A stretch of DNA of 64,000 bases from Planctomycetota bacterium (GCA_947501605.1 CANMWZ010000001.1:160001-224000); one strand, 5' to 3'. Shown: positions 27,601-36,508, numbered from the stretch's first letter. Numbers and translations: made by a program. Notes: generated by a model not told the origin, from the letters alone.

Positions 27601-28585
27601 GCATCTGCCCGACGAGGCGAGGCGGCTCATTGTCGAGCACGAAGCCTCGCGCAAGATCCGGACTACTATCGGAGTCGTTGCCGGAGCGGAAGTCGCGGAC
27701 GATCGCGCTACGACCGCCGTTGTTGAGCCCCGTCCAGCTGTCGGAGCGCAGACGCGGAATCGCCAACGGACCATCGAGGGCCAAGGCAATACGGATGTTG
27801 GCGCCGAAGCTGTCTGGTGACGCCGGCAGGCCGGAAGCATTGTTGCTGGTCTGGTATTGTCGACCCTCGCTACCGAGAAGGACAGGGTCTAGGATCAGGC
27901 TGCTGCCATCGACGATGACGCGAACGTCCAAAGGCACGAAGTTGCCCGCCACGGTGGGGTCGCCCGCAATCTGCAGCAACTGCACCGCATCGGTGTTGCG
28001 TAGTGCAGTCACTTCTCCGTTGGCATCGCGGACGACGAAAAAGTCGTCGCTCACACCGAGCGCGCGGGTGAAGTTGAGCCGGATTGCCGCGTTACGCGGA
28101 ACAATCGAAAACGGTTGCCCGGCGCCACCCTGCCCAAACAGCAGCGGGGTGACCAGACTAACTTCGTTGTCGAGATCGTCGAAGAGCTGCTGGAACGCCG
28201 CAGAACCGATCTCGCGCGGAATGAAGATTCGCGGCTGAAGCGTGTCGGCGTCGGCACTCAGGAAGTCGTAGCGGATCTCGGAATCCGCCTTGCCCTCGGT
28301 GGAAGTCCCTGGGACACGCTCATCGCGGATATCGCGACCGACCAGGACATCTTTGCGCACGAGGTCGCGAGTCTGCCCTTCGCTGGTCGTGCGGATGCCG
28401 TACACGTCCACGATTCGACCGAACTCAACGCTACTGATGGATGTGGTCGCAACTGCGGGCCCTGCTCCCGACGGTGCAACGGAGCCCCCACTGCCACAAG
28501 AGGCAGTGAACACCCCGAACAGGGCGAAACCGGAAGCAACGAGGGCGACACGGGCCGTAGACCGGCCTGACGTGGTGCTTGCCAT
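24665..28585 (-). CDS. Large lipoprotein (about 1306 aa), family A
   Basis: Start at ATG 28585 (MASTTSGRS), lipobox VFTASC; FGRIVDVYG, VRDFRSGN, GIRDLAGN; paralog of 17207..21082. Confidence 0.8.
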   Translation of the reverse strand: MASTTSGRSTARVALVASGFALFGVFTASCGSGGSVAPSGAGPAVATTSISSVEFGRIVDVYGIRTTSEGQTRDLVRKDVLVGRDIRDERVPGTSTEGKADSEIRYDFLSADADTLQPRIFIPREIGSAAFQQLFDDLDNEVSLVTPLLFGQGGAGQPFSIVPRNAAIRLNFTRALGVSDDFFVVRDANGEVTALRNTDAVQLLQIAGDPTVAGNFVPLDVRVIVDGSSLILDPVLLGSEGRQYQTSNNASGLPASPDSFGANIRIALALDGPLAIPRLRSDSWTGLNNGGRSAIVRDFRSGNDSDSSPDLARGFVLDNEPPRLVGQMPMYLERVDEVNSLTMRVRVFKGGISQEIDRGDVFRFLVDNSNAPFGSSEVVVEPTDDAGQPGVQHVDVLVRLVPGLETIDPSNRPDYPSDPAQIDAWLAANAPRALLVTEYQGGRIDPATGTVLVQGDDPRYFGLFTPTPLAQFDGTPSQPNENISPFAGAVIRFTKPVDRTTVKWADTFFFATRNLVDQVAIDEFIATRPWRVADATGAPSGVGMAPSSFNLAKFRTPHLIGSRVLDEDGSQTTLRLQPLQGFYLDAAMRQDGPRPYFLHLVSGVDGIRDLAGNPIDLQTNDPNRASGLVIPFTLDTRSVAGRAQFEDNLPVYVVRPMNNADEDPNPSYYLPEEVQGNGATPNARALPLADVFGAFSRTGGRLEGRPTTRLRRVADNLNQAPVDPQSSVLRWCPEQAAGENQIAANTSTAPLGLGLQNPFNPYGCRLQTVWREIDLSLSRTDPFDFNLDIERMYWAPFTGAPIEFDEFDKVTLRLGHSERRPEPCVGNFGALPTFPDSGLLTTFDDNYVRNLRANSSVNSVETRPLPHSAFVNSPSNLRIDAQQTVLEPNQRNRFLPLPAMRRPYFVYRDETLVEQGANCGIGADVNNTAVSFLPWILSPWNHGVARRAVQDNGVTGPIAFLNGFWHSGNNYLIRVNTTQDRVTEGLVGNIALPLLADFLVECDSSQLPAGNGYVAFGLTGWQTSIALTSSSTPNFRMYTAGRPPFPNLNPICREPTASPTGQGGYAPPPPLGTGGTTIPGDNTFYWVMIDFLKRASVVTNGFIDLYNPHRVPNGFADSRLGPYFTNPQNGSIAVPAGVRAQFLYEFDPPTTQLPGGTSIIAQFRGASQVDANPWYWREWAQGTGQTVYPPAYTAQLQTTAANFALDPFKACDAHIRKFDDRQNNGVARNWWTYFYNRTVTSYVLDPNQLLDAGYLSRFNGPNEGFTPSDVRYINWRYLMSNNIDASPPVAPAIDTFALSYRFQRVQ

Positions 28586-28919
28586 GGTGTGCACTGAGTT
28601 TGGATGCGCGGGCGCGCCGCGCTTGCTGCGAGCTTCGCCATTCACCGCTCGCGAGCCACCGCAGACCAAAGTACGGAGGCAGTGGATCACATGCAGCATG
28701 GGAAGCTACTGGAGGTTACAACAGGAAAACCGATTGAGGACCGCGACCAAACGCGAGCGTCTCGGCGAGGGGCACTCCGACGGAATCAACTATCATGCCG
28801 TAGTCGGCGTCCGACACAAGCCTCCCCAACACCCTGTATCTTCGGCACTTGGCGCATCGTTCCGAAAGTGCAGGCGAGCGCTCCAGCCCGCAGTCGGGCA
28901 TGGGCTGGTGCGGATTCGC

Positions 28920-30320
28920 TCACTGACCCACTGCATCGCTGGGCTTCCTTGGTTCGAAACCGGCGGCACGCGCCTGTTCCTCGGACTCGAACCAGACTCG
29001 TTCGCTCGGTGGCACTGCGGCCACGAGTTGCTCGGAGCAACCATCAAACCAGCGCCGGGTCAGGTGCCCGACACAGCGAACCTCGAGCTCTCGTTCGCAA
29101 TACGCGCACTCGAGGCTCGGCGCTTCGCCCACACCCTGGCGGATTCGGAAATCGCGCTCGAGGTACCGCACGCCTTCCCCGTTGGTGATGCAGCGCTCGT
29201 TCCGGCACCGCATTGAACTGCGCGAGTCCACTCCGGGATTCGTCGCATGATCAGCTCGGGGGCGCGACCGGAGCTGAATCCGACCAAGGAGATAGGCCAT
29301 GAGCGCCATGCGCATCGGCACCCCAAGCTCGGCCTGCCGGAAGTAAACAGACCTAGGGTCAGCATCGACGTCGTAGTCGATCTCGTCGACGCGAGGCAAG
29401 GGGTGCATCACGCGCGCGTCCTTGGCTGCAGCCGCGCGCAAGGTCTGGGAGGAGAGTCGGGGGTAGTTCTTGGTCTCCTCGCCCGAGTGCCGCTCTCGTT
29501 GCGCCCGCGTCATGTAGATCGCATCGATGCGGTTCACCTCAACAGGCCCGAGCTGCGTGAACAAGGCCAACTGGTGAGGTTCACTCGCAGTCAGGTAAGC
29601 AGCGGCATTGCTGCTACCTGCGAGTCCCGGAAGATCGGCAACCGAGGCGGCGCCGGTCTTGACCCCAAAATCGCGACGGAGACGGCGCAAAACGTAATCC
29701 GGCAGCTCGAAGCCCGGATACGGCATCGTCACGATGTTCGCCCGGAAGCGGGCCAATGCGTAGCAGAACGAGTGGATCGTCCGCGAGTAGCGAAGGTCGC
29801 CGCAGAGCACGACCTCGAGACCCTCGAGCTTGCCCTTCTCCTTCCACAGCGTGTAGAGATCGCAGAGGGTCTGAGTCGGATGTTCATGCGAACCGTCACC
29901 CCCGTTGATGACCGGCACCCGCGCGTAGCGTGCGGCGACTCGGGCGGCGCCGTCCTCGGGGTGTCGCACGACAAGGATGTCCGCGTAGCTACCACCGACG
30001 ACTCGGACAGTGTCTGCAAGGGACTCGCCCTTGCTGCGACTGCTTGACTTCTCGTCCGCGGCGGTAATCACGCCGCCACCGAGACGGAGCATGGCCGACT
30101 CGAAGCTGAGTCGAGTCCGGGTACTCGGCTCGAAAAACAGCGTTGCCATGATCGTGCCACGACATAAATCCGACCAAGCTCGGAGGTTGTCGCGGAACTC
30201 GTCGGCGTGCTGGAAGAGCTCGAGGATCTCTTCGGTACTCAGGTCCTCGATCGAAACCAGGTCGCGCTTCTCGCTACCGCTCGGGCCCGGGCGTGGACTG
30301 CTTGGGTTCGCAGAACTCAT
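28920..30320 (-). CDS. pyrB: Aspartate carbamoyltransferase catalytic chain with a C-terminal PyrI-like Zn-binding extension
   Basis: FFEPSTRTR.SF, KGES..DT, HPTQTL.D, GDLRYSRT, YMTR.Q.ER, MHPLPR; extension contains CRNERCIT and CAYCE. Confidence 0.9.
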   Translation of the reverse strand: MSSANPSSPRPGPSGSEKRDLVSIEDLSTEEILELFQHADEFRDNLRAWSDLCRGTIMATLFFEPSTRTRLSFESAMLRLGGGVITAADEKSSSRSKGESLADTVRVVGGSYADILVVRHPEDGAARVAARYARVPVINGGDGSHEHPTQTLCDLYTLWKEKGKLEGLEVVLCGDLRYSRTIHSFCYALARFRANIVTMPYPGFELPDYVLRRLRRDFGVKTGAASVADLPGLAGSSNAAAYLTASEPHQLALFTQLGPVEVNRIDAIYMTRAQRERHSGEETKNYPRLSSQTLRAAAAKDARVMHPLPRVDEIDYDVDADPRSVYFRQAELGVPMRMALMAYLLGRIQLRSRPRADHATNPGVDSRSSMRCRNERCITNGEGVRYLERDFRIRQGVGEAPSLECAYCERELEVRCVGHLTRRWFDGCSEQLVAAVPPSERVWFESEEQARAAGFEPRKPSDAVGQ

Positions 30321-30374
30321 GGATCCTCGGCATCTGGGCGACAGCGCGGATTGCGCAGCAGGAGCCCACCGCGA

Positions 30375-31409
30375 TCATGCCCGCGGAAGCCCCGCCGCGG
30401 AAGCAAGCTGCTGGAGCGTGTTGAGATCGCCGGAGCAGAGAGCCGCCGGACCACCCACCGGACCAGCAGGCGGCAAGCAGCGCCGATCTCGCAAGAGGGC
30501 GCCAATCGCGGCTCGCACGAGACCGGAACCAGCCGTGTCCGCACAAGCCACGGTTGCATCGAGGCGAAGCTCAGGCGGCCAGTGGGCCTGCGGCAGGTCC
30601 CCCTTCGTTGCTACCACGAGCACGTCTGACTCGAACATAGAGTGATCGATCGCACTTGGCCCGACGCTGCCATCCACCACAAGAATCACCAAGTCACCGC
30701 GCGCGCGTTCGACGTGAGCACGATCCATCGCCCGTTGGTCGACCGGTGAACTCGCATGGCCTTCGCCGGCGGTATCGACGATTTCGTACGGATAGCCGTC
30801 GAGAGACGCCGCGTCCGAGATCGGATCTCTGGTCAGGCCGGCGACCGGCCCAGCCAGCGCGCGTTCGCGAAACAGGAGCCTATTGAACAGGGTCGACTTG
30901 CCAGCGTTTTGTCGTCCGACGAGCACGAGGCGGCAGGGCAGCACATGCGCCATGGCGACACGCGACCGCTGCAGCGCAAGTTCGAGTTCGCGCCGCTGCC
31001 ATTCTGCTGGTTGCCCTGCCAGCACTCGCAGGTAGGCCGGGACATCGAATGCCCTCTGCTCGAGAGCAAGGTGCAGCTGTTCACGACTGATGGCGCGCTG
31101 CAGAAGCTCATCGGCCGCGCTGACAGCGGGGATACGGGGTTCGCCAAACCGAATCGCCAGCAGATCGATCACGGCTGGACTTCCGTGGAGGTGCAACTCA
31201 AGACCCCTTGTCGCCCGGTCGACCATCAACACATCGTCAACGACAACTTGATCGAGCACGAGGTTCGCTCGCAGCGGCGGGGCGCCAGCAACAGCACCCA
31301 CAACACCACCATCGCGACCGCGAAGGCACGCGAGTAGAGCAGAGCGCTCGCTCGGGGCGAAGGTCACGACCGCGACTCCGCCGTGACCTGCGGGGGTCAG
31401 CAACTCCAT
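30375..31409 (-). CDS. Short MnmE/TrmE-like GTPase
   Basis: N-terminal LLTP.G.GGVAV and ELHLHGS; G1 GRQNAGKST, G2 GLTRD, G3 DTAG, G4 TKGD; no C-terminal FCxGK. Confidence 0.7.
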   Translation of the reverse strand: MELLTPAGHGGVAVVTFAPSERSALLACLRGRDGGVVGAVAGAPPLRANLVLDQVVVDDVLMVDRATRGLELHLHGSPAVIDLLAIRFGEPRIPAVSAADELLQRAISREQLHLALEQRAFDVPAYLRVLAGQPAEWQRRELELALQRSRVAMAHVLPCRLVLVGRQNAGKSTLFNRLLFRERALAGPVAGLTRDPISDAASLDGYPYEIVDTAGEGHASSPVDQRAMDRAHVERARGDLVILVVDGSVGPSAIDHSMFESDVLVVATKGDLPQAHWPPELRLDATVACADTAGSGLVRAAIGALLRDRRCLPPAGPVGGPAALCSGDLNTLQQLASAAGLPRA

Positions 31410-32116
31410 CCTGACTCCACTGCGCAGAGATGGAGCCCCTGGTGGACAAGGTCAGGTGCAACTACGGGTCGCAATCGGCCGCGCCGGAGATAGTCCTCTG
31501 CATGGCCGCCGGTAATCACCACCGTGCACGGCCCGCGCGCCACGGCGACGGTATCTGCGACCATTCGTTCGATTGCGCCGCAGTAGGACAGCAGCAGGCC
31601 TGTGTGAACCGCAGTGGCCGAGGATCGCGGCGGCACGTCGCTCGCCGACCGCACGTCGGCCTCCGGGAGGTGAGGGGTAATGACACTCATGCCATGTGAG
31701 AGTGCGCGCAGACCCGGCGCGATGGCCCCCCCGCGAAACGTGCCGTCGTCCTCGATGAGGTTTACCGTCGTGGCACTGCCGCAGTCGACCACCACAGCTC
31801 GACCCCAACGGCGATGCGCTGCCAGGGCAGACAACCAACGATCTGCGCCGAGAGTCTCCGGCGTGTCATAGTCGAGCGGTAGTGGGCATCGAAGGTCGAT
31901 GCCGATCTGCGCCACTGGAACCCCGAGCTGCTGCAGCTCTGCAAGCGCAGTTGCGAGGGCATTCGGCACAACTGTGACCGCAACGGCGGCACTCGGTCGA
32001 TCTCGGCCGAGGAACGCAACGAGCGGTTCTCGGGGCTCCAATCGAGCCCGACGCGGCACGGGTCCGTGCAGCATCACATCAAGAGTCGTGTTGCCGCGAT
32101 CCAGGGTGAGCAACAT
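31397..32116 (-). CDS. coaX: Type III pantothenate kinase
   Basis: LTLDRGNT, LGADR, VVDCGSATT, GGAIAPG, ITGG, DLV..GL. Confidence 0.92.
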   Translation of the reverse strand: MLLTLDRGNTTLDVMLHGPVPRRARLEPREPLVAFLGRDRPSAAVAVTVVPNALATALAELQQLGVPVAQIGIDLRCPLPLDYDTPETLGADRWLSALAAHRRWGRAVVVDCGSATTVNLIEDDGTFRGGAIAPGLRALSHGMSVITPHLPEADVRSASDVPPRSSATAVHTGLLLSYCGAIERMVADTVAVARGPCTVVITGGHAEDYLRRGRLRPVVAPDLVHQGLHLCAVESGWSC

Positions 32117-32137
32117 ACGCCGGGTGCGAACTGTCGG

Positions 32138-33418
32138 TCAGCGATCCGGCGCTTCGATGATGCGGTCGACTTCCCGGCCGTCAGACAACAGGCGCAGCAC
32201 GAAGGTGCGAACCCCACGATTGTATTGGCGCCTGCCGACGGCGATGGCGTCGGCCTTGGTCGAAACCGGTTCGCCATTCAATGACAGAATCAGATCGTTT
32301 GACTGAACGCCGATGCGGGAGGAGATCTCAGGCGCGATGTTCATCACCCGCAAACCGCGAACACCGCTCCCGGTGCGGCTGACATACGTATTCACTTGGA
32401 TGCGATCGAGAAACGACTCAGGAGACTCCTGCAGCTTGGTCTGGTCCTGCCTGCTGATCATGACCTGGTTGCCCACCAACCTAGTCTCTTCGACGTCCGT
32501 CCAGCGATTGGCCACTGGCGCCGACGACTTCTCCGTGCGCACGTTGCCGCTGCGGTTTGGATCTGTCCGCTGGATCTCGACGACCGCGCGCATGACGTCC
32601 TCACTGATCTCCATGGACGACTTGAACAGCTCCTCCTCCGCCGGCGGCGTTGCCTCAGGCGCCTGACCCTCTGCCGTCACCGCTGGAGCCGCGCCTCGGA
32701 CGAAGTATGCAGAGCGCGCATCGCCAGCGACGCGAACTAGCCGAATGTCCTGGAACGGGGGCCACAGCGTGGCCTCGTTGCGCGGGGTCCCGGCACCGGC
32801 GACCCAGACTCGCTGGAGATACTCTTCCCCAGCTGTAGACGTCGGGACCGGCGTCGCCGTCCCAGGTCGAACGCCGCCGCGATTACCAGCGCCTTGGGGA
32901 CGTTGACGCCCAACCCCGTCTGCTGGCCCCGACGACTGGGTGGTGGCGCTCGCGACCTGGTTCTCGAGCAGGTACCAGCTCGGCGGCTGGACGTTTGCTG
33001 TGTCCTTGTAGCGGACGATGACGTGCGACTGGCCGGCCTTGCCGTCGGTCGACGTGTCGCACATCAGCGAGACGAGCTCGATGATCTCGTGAAGCGGGCG
33101 AACGTCCGCGCGCTGAGCTTGCTGGGCTGGGTTAACGACCGGCTGTTCGCTGTCGGGCCTTCGCAGCTCCTTGCCAACGAGGTTGGGGGCTAGAAACCGC
33201 GCCTTCCACGGGGCGGTCTGGTAGTTCCAACTGGAGCCGCTCGGGCCCGTGCCTTTGCCCTCGCTCAACCGGTCCTCCGCATCGCGGCGACCAGTTTCGG
33301 AGATCGCCGTGCGCGCTGCGTTCGTGCTCTCCTTCTGCGATTGGAAAAACGTGTAGCCAGCGAGCCCAAGCAGCCCAGCCGTGGCGACGTACAGAAAGAG
33401 GTTGACCGGCAGTCTCAT
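32138..33418 (-). CDS. Single-TM protein with C-terminal PDZ-like domain (GspC/PulC-like)
   Basis: N-terminal TM helix; C-terminal GLRV.NI....RIGVQSNDLILSLNGEPV resembles the GspC PDZ domain; lies downstream of pilT. Confidence 0.55.
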   Translation of the reverse strand: MRLPVNLFLYVATAGLLGLAGYTFFQSQKESTNAARTAISETGRRDAEDRLSEGKGTGPSGSSWNYQTAPWKARFLAPNLVGKELRRPDSEQPVVNPAQQAQRADVRPLHEIIELVSLMCDTSTDGKAGQSHVIVRYKDTANVQPPSWYLLENQVASATTQSSGPADGVGRQRPQGAGNRGGVRPGTATPVPTSTAGEEYLQRVWVAGAGTPRNEATLWPPFQDIRLVRVAGDARSAYFVRGAAPAVTAEGQAPEATPPAEEELFKSSMEISEDVMRAVVEIQRTDPNRSGNVRTEKSSAPVANRWTDVEETRLVGNQVMISRQDQTKLQESPESFLDRIQVNTYVSRTGSGVRGLRVMNIAPEISSRIGVQSNDLILSLNGEPVSTKADAIAVGRRQYNRGVRTFVLRLLSDGREVDRIIEAPDR

Positions 33419-33564
33419 CGGCGAGTTCGCATCCTAGCCCTCGGGCGGCCGCGAGGACATAGCACATGTCCGAGCAAGGCATGCGACGCGCAGGCCGGCA
33501 GTTCCTTCCCGCCGGTTCCCGCCGAAGCGACGCCACGTTGACGACTCGACGCCGACTTCGTGCC

Positions 33565-34704
33565 TCAGGACTGGAAAGTGCGGATCTGCCCGCCCTGGGT
33601 GATGCCCCGCATCTGCATCTTGAGTTCGTCGGGGCTATCCGAGGCCACGAGAGCCTCCTCAAGGCTGATGTTGCCGGCCTGGAACAGCCGGATCAGCGAC
33701 TGGTTGAACGTCATCGTGCCGTAGTAGCTGCCTTCGGCAAGCGCCTTTGGCAAGCTGCGGGTGCTGCCCTGCTCCAGCAGTTCGCGGACAGTCGGCGTGT
33801 TGATGAGCAACTCCACCGCTGGGACCATCGCCGTGCCCTCCTTGTTCTTCACCAGGCGAAGCGAAACGACGCCGGCCAAGTTCAAGGCCAGCTGCAGGCG
33901 CACGAGCTCATGTTGGTGCGGCGGGAAGAACGTGATGATGCGTTCCACGGTCTGGACCGCGTTGACCGTATGCAGCGTCGAGAAGACCAAGTGCCCCGTC
34001 TCCGCCGCCGAGATCGCTGCTTGAACGGTCTCCGCGTCACGCATCTCGCCGATCAAGATCACGTCGGGCGACTGTCGCACCGCTTGACGGAGAGCCGACG
34101 AGAAGTCACCGACGTCGACGCCCACTTCGCGTTGGTTCACAATCGAGCGCTTGTCTTCGAAGCGAAACTCGATCGGGTCCTCGATCGTGATGATGTGCTT
34201 GTTCATGTTCCGGTTGACGTACTCGAGCATCGCTGCGAGCGTCGTCGACTTGCCGGAACCAGCGGTGCCCGTAGCGAGCACCAGCCCTCGCTTCATCGAG
34301 GCAAGTCGCTTCAGCGACTCCACCGGGAGGTTGAGTTCCTTGAATGAAGGGATCTCCTCCTTGATGGCGCGAAAGACGAACCCGGTTTCGCCCGACTGGT
34401 TGAACACGTTGCAGCGGAACCGGCCGACGCCGGGCAGTCCAACCGCCAAGTCACACGCACCCGTCGCGCGGTACTCGTCCTTGTGACGATCCGTCAGCAC
34501 CTCCTCGAGGTAGCCACGCATGATGGCGCGAGTGAGCGGTTGATCGCCGACGAATCGGATCACACCCGATTGACGAATCGCAGGGCAACCTCCGGTCTTG
34601 AGGACCAGGTCGGAAGCACCCTCCTTCACCATCATGCGCAAGAAATCGCGCAGCTTGGGTTCGTTGTCCGTGGGTTTCTGCGTGATGACGTTGTCCGGTT
34701 CCAT
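33565..34704 (-). CDS. pilT: PilT/PilU-family type IV pilus retraction ATPase
   Basis: ASDL, RFRCNVF, GTAGSGKSTT, TIEDPIE, QREVG, RQSPDVILIGEMRD, ETGHLVFSTLH. Start at ATG 34704. Confidence 0.88.
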   Translation of the reverse strand: MEPDNVITQKPTDNEPKLRDFLRMMVKEGASDLVLKTGGCPAIRQSGVIRFVGDQPLTRAIMRGYLEEVLTDRHKDEYRATGACDLAVGLPGVGRFRCNVFNQSGETGFVFRAIKEEIPSFKELNLPVESLKRLASMKRGLVLATGTAGSGKSTTLAAMLEYVNRNMNKHIITIEDPIEFRFEDKRSIVNQREVGVDVGDFSSALRQAVRQSPDVILIGEMRDAETVQAAISAAETGHLVFSTLHTVNAVQTVERIITFFPPHQHELVRLQLALNLAGVVSLRLVKNKEGTAMVPAVELLINTPTVRELLEQGSTRSLPKALAEGSYYGTMTFNQSLIRLFQAGNISLEEALVASDSPDELKMQMRGITQGGQIRTFQS

Positions 34705-34818
34705 TCTTCCCAGCCCTCCGAATCCCGGATCTATCGGCAGGAAGGCACCGGCAATCCTCGCGCGCGACGGATGCGCCGATGCCATGGCCGAAGATGGCGC
34801 GGGGTCCAGGCCCCCGAG

Positions 34819-35835
34819 TCAGCTGTCGCTGTCGGGGGCGCCTTGGCGCTCTTCAGCAATCGCCTGGCTGACGACAATCACGAGATCTCGAAGACCCTTC
34901 TGTGTCGCCGCCGAGATGCGTAGCACTTCGTGCCCCAGCGACTGCTCGAGATCGGACGCACACTGCTCGGATGCCTCGTCCTCGATCTTCGTCGCGACGA
35001 CGATCGACGGCCGCGCTGCCAGCGCTTCCGAGTGTGCCGCGAGTTCGCCGCGCACGGTGCGGTATGCATCCACGGGAGGCTGAAGTGCCAACTCACTGCA
35101 GTCGACGAGGTGCAGCAAAAGGCGCGTACGCTCGATGTGCTTCAGAAACTTGTCACCGAGACCCTTGCCGAGATGGGCGCCCTCGATCAGGCCAGGGATG
35201 TCGGCGATGACGAACGTGCCACCACCCGGCCCCTCGGCAATTCCGAGCATCGGCTCGAGCGTCGTAAACGGGTACCCGGCGATCTTCGGCCGCGCTCGCG
35301 TCAACGTTGCCAACAGCGTGGACTTACCCGCATTCGGCAACCCCAGAAGACCGACGTCGGCGATCAGCTTGAGACTCAGCAGAACGCGGCGATCCTCGCC
35401 CTGCGTCCCCTTCTCCGCTTCCCGTGGCGTGCGGTGAGTCGAAGTGGCGAAACGCGCATTGCCGCGACCACCAAACCCGCCGCGAGCGACCACGAACGGC
35501 TCCTTCGGGTCGATGAGGTCCTTCAGCACGTTGCCGTGCTCGACATCGATCACCATCGTCCCAATCGGAATCTCGAGTACGAGATCGCCCGCCTTCTTGC
35601 CGTAGCAGTCCTTGCTACCGCCCTGATCCCCGCTCTGGGCCGCGAACTGGCCTTGGCCAGTCAAGTGGTAGAGGGTGTTCACGTGCGTCGATGGCTGCAG
35701 GATAACGCTGCCGCCATCACCACCGTCGCCACCATCCGGGCCGCCGCGCTGGACATTCTTGTCGCGCAAAAACGACACGCAGCCGTCGCCACCTTTGCCG
35801 CCGCGCACCGAGATCTGCAGTTCGTCAACGAACAT
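34819..35835 (-). CDS. obgE: GTPase Obg/CgtA
   Basis: MFVD..GGKGGDG, GGPDGGDGG, GLPNAGKST, YPFTTL, DIPGLIEGA. Confidence 0.97.
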   Translation of the reverse strand: MFVDELQISVRGGKGGDGCVSFLRDKNVQRGGPDGGDGGDGGSVILQPSTHVNTLYHLTGQGQFAAQSGDQGGSKDCYGKKAGDLVLEIPIGTMVIDVEHGNVLKDLIDPKEPFVVARGGFGGRGNARFATSTHRTPREAEKGTQGEDRRVLLSLKLIADVGLLGLPNAGKSTLLATLTRARPKIAGYPFTTLEPMLGIAEGPGGGTFVIADIPGLIEGAHLGKGLGDKFLKHIERTRLLLHLVDCSELALQPPVDAYRTVRGELAAHSEALAARPSIVVATKIEDEASEQCASDLEQSLGHEVLRISAATQKGLRDLVIVVSQAIAEERQGAPDSDS

Positions 35836-35912
35836 GGCGGCGGGGCGAGCTCTCCTCGGGGCGGTATCGCGCTACACAGGCGCGACGAACAGACGTCAGT
35901 CGAGAGGCGAAC

Positions 35913-36170
35913 TCAGTTGGCGCTGGGCGCCACTGGCTCGACATCGACGCGACGGTTCTTTTGGAACCGAACGACGCCGGGTGCGACCGCAAACAACGAG
36001 TCATCGCCAGCGCGACGGACGTTGCGGCCCGGGGTGAACTTGGTGCCCACCTGACGGACGATGATCGACCCGCTGGTGACAACTTGACCGCCGTAGACCT
36101 TAACGCCGCGAAACTGCGGGTTGCTGTCACGGCCGTTCTTGGTGGAGCCTTGCCCCTTCTTGTGAGCCAT
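35913..36170 (-). CDS. rpmA: 50S ribosomal protein L27
   Basis: [16 protein letters not shown]...RGVK. Confidence 0.98.
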   Translation of the reverse strand: MAHKKGQGSTKNGRDSNPQFRGVKVYGGQVVTSGSIIVRQVGTKFTPGRNVRRAGDDSLFAVAPGVVRFQKNRRVDVEPVAPSAN

Positions 36171-36190
36171 TGCTGAAGTCCTCTAGGGGA

Positions 36191-36508
36191 TCAGGCGAGA
36201 ATCGCCTCAATCTGGATCTCGGTATAGCGCGCACGGAATCCATTCCGGCGCCGGCTGTTTTTGCGCCGACGGAACTTTCCGATCACCACCTTCTCGGCCT
36301 GGAAGTTCGGCCGCAGGACCTTGGCGGTGACCTTCACCCCAGCGACGTAGGGAGCACCGATGCGACCCAGGCCTTCACCGCCGACGAGGCAGACCTTGTC
36401 GAACGTCAGCATCCCGCCTTCCTGGGCGCCTTCGTGCAGGTGGATCTGGATGCGGTCGCCGGGCTGGACCCGGTACTGCTGATTGCGGTCTTCGACGACG
36501 GCGTACAT
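36191..36508 (-). CDS. rplU: 50S ribosomal protein L21
   Basis: MYAVV....QYRV, IGAPYV, KFRRRK.SRRRNG.R; upstream of rpmA. Confidence 0.95.
   Translation of the reverse strand: MYAVVEDRNQQYRVQPGDRIQIHLHEGAQEGGMLTFDKVCLVGGEGLGRIGAPYVAGVKVTAKVLRPNFQAEKVVIGKFRRRKNSRRRNGFRARYTEIQIEAILA

Noticed and set aside
28784..28800. Sigma-54 promoter candidate CGGCATGATAGTTGA upstream of the lipoprotein array (minus strand)
   Set aside because: Spacing is right, but the conserved -12 GC is GA; not supportable without TSS data.
33551..33566. Sigma-54 candidate AGGCACGAAGTCGGC after the pilT stop (minus strand)
   Set aside because: GG-N10-GC is met but the TT before GC is missing; likely chance in GC-rich DNA.
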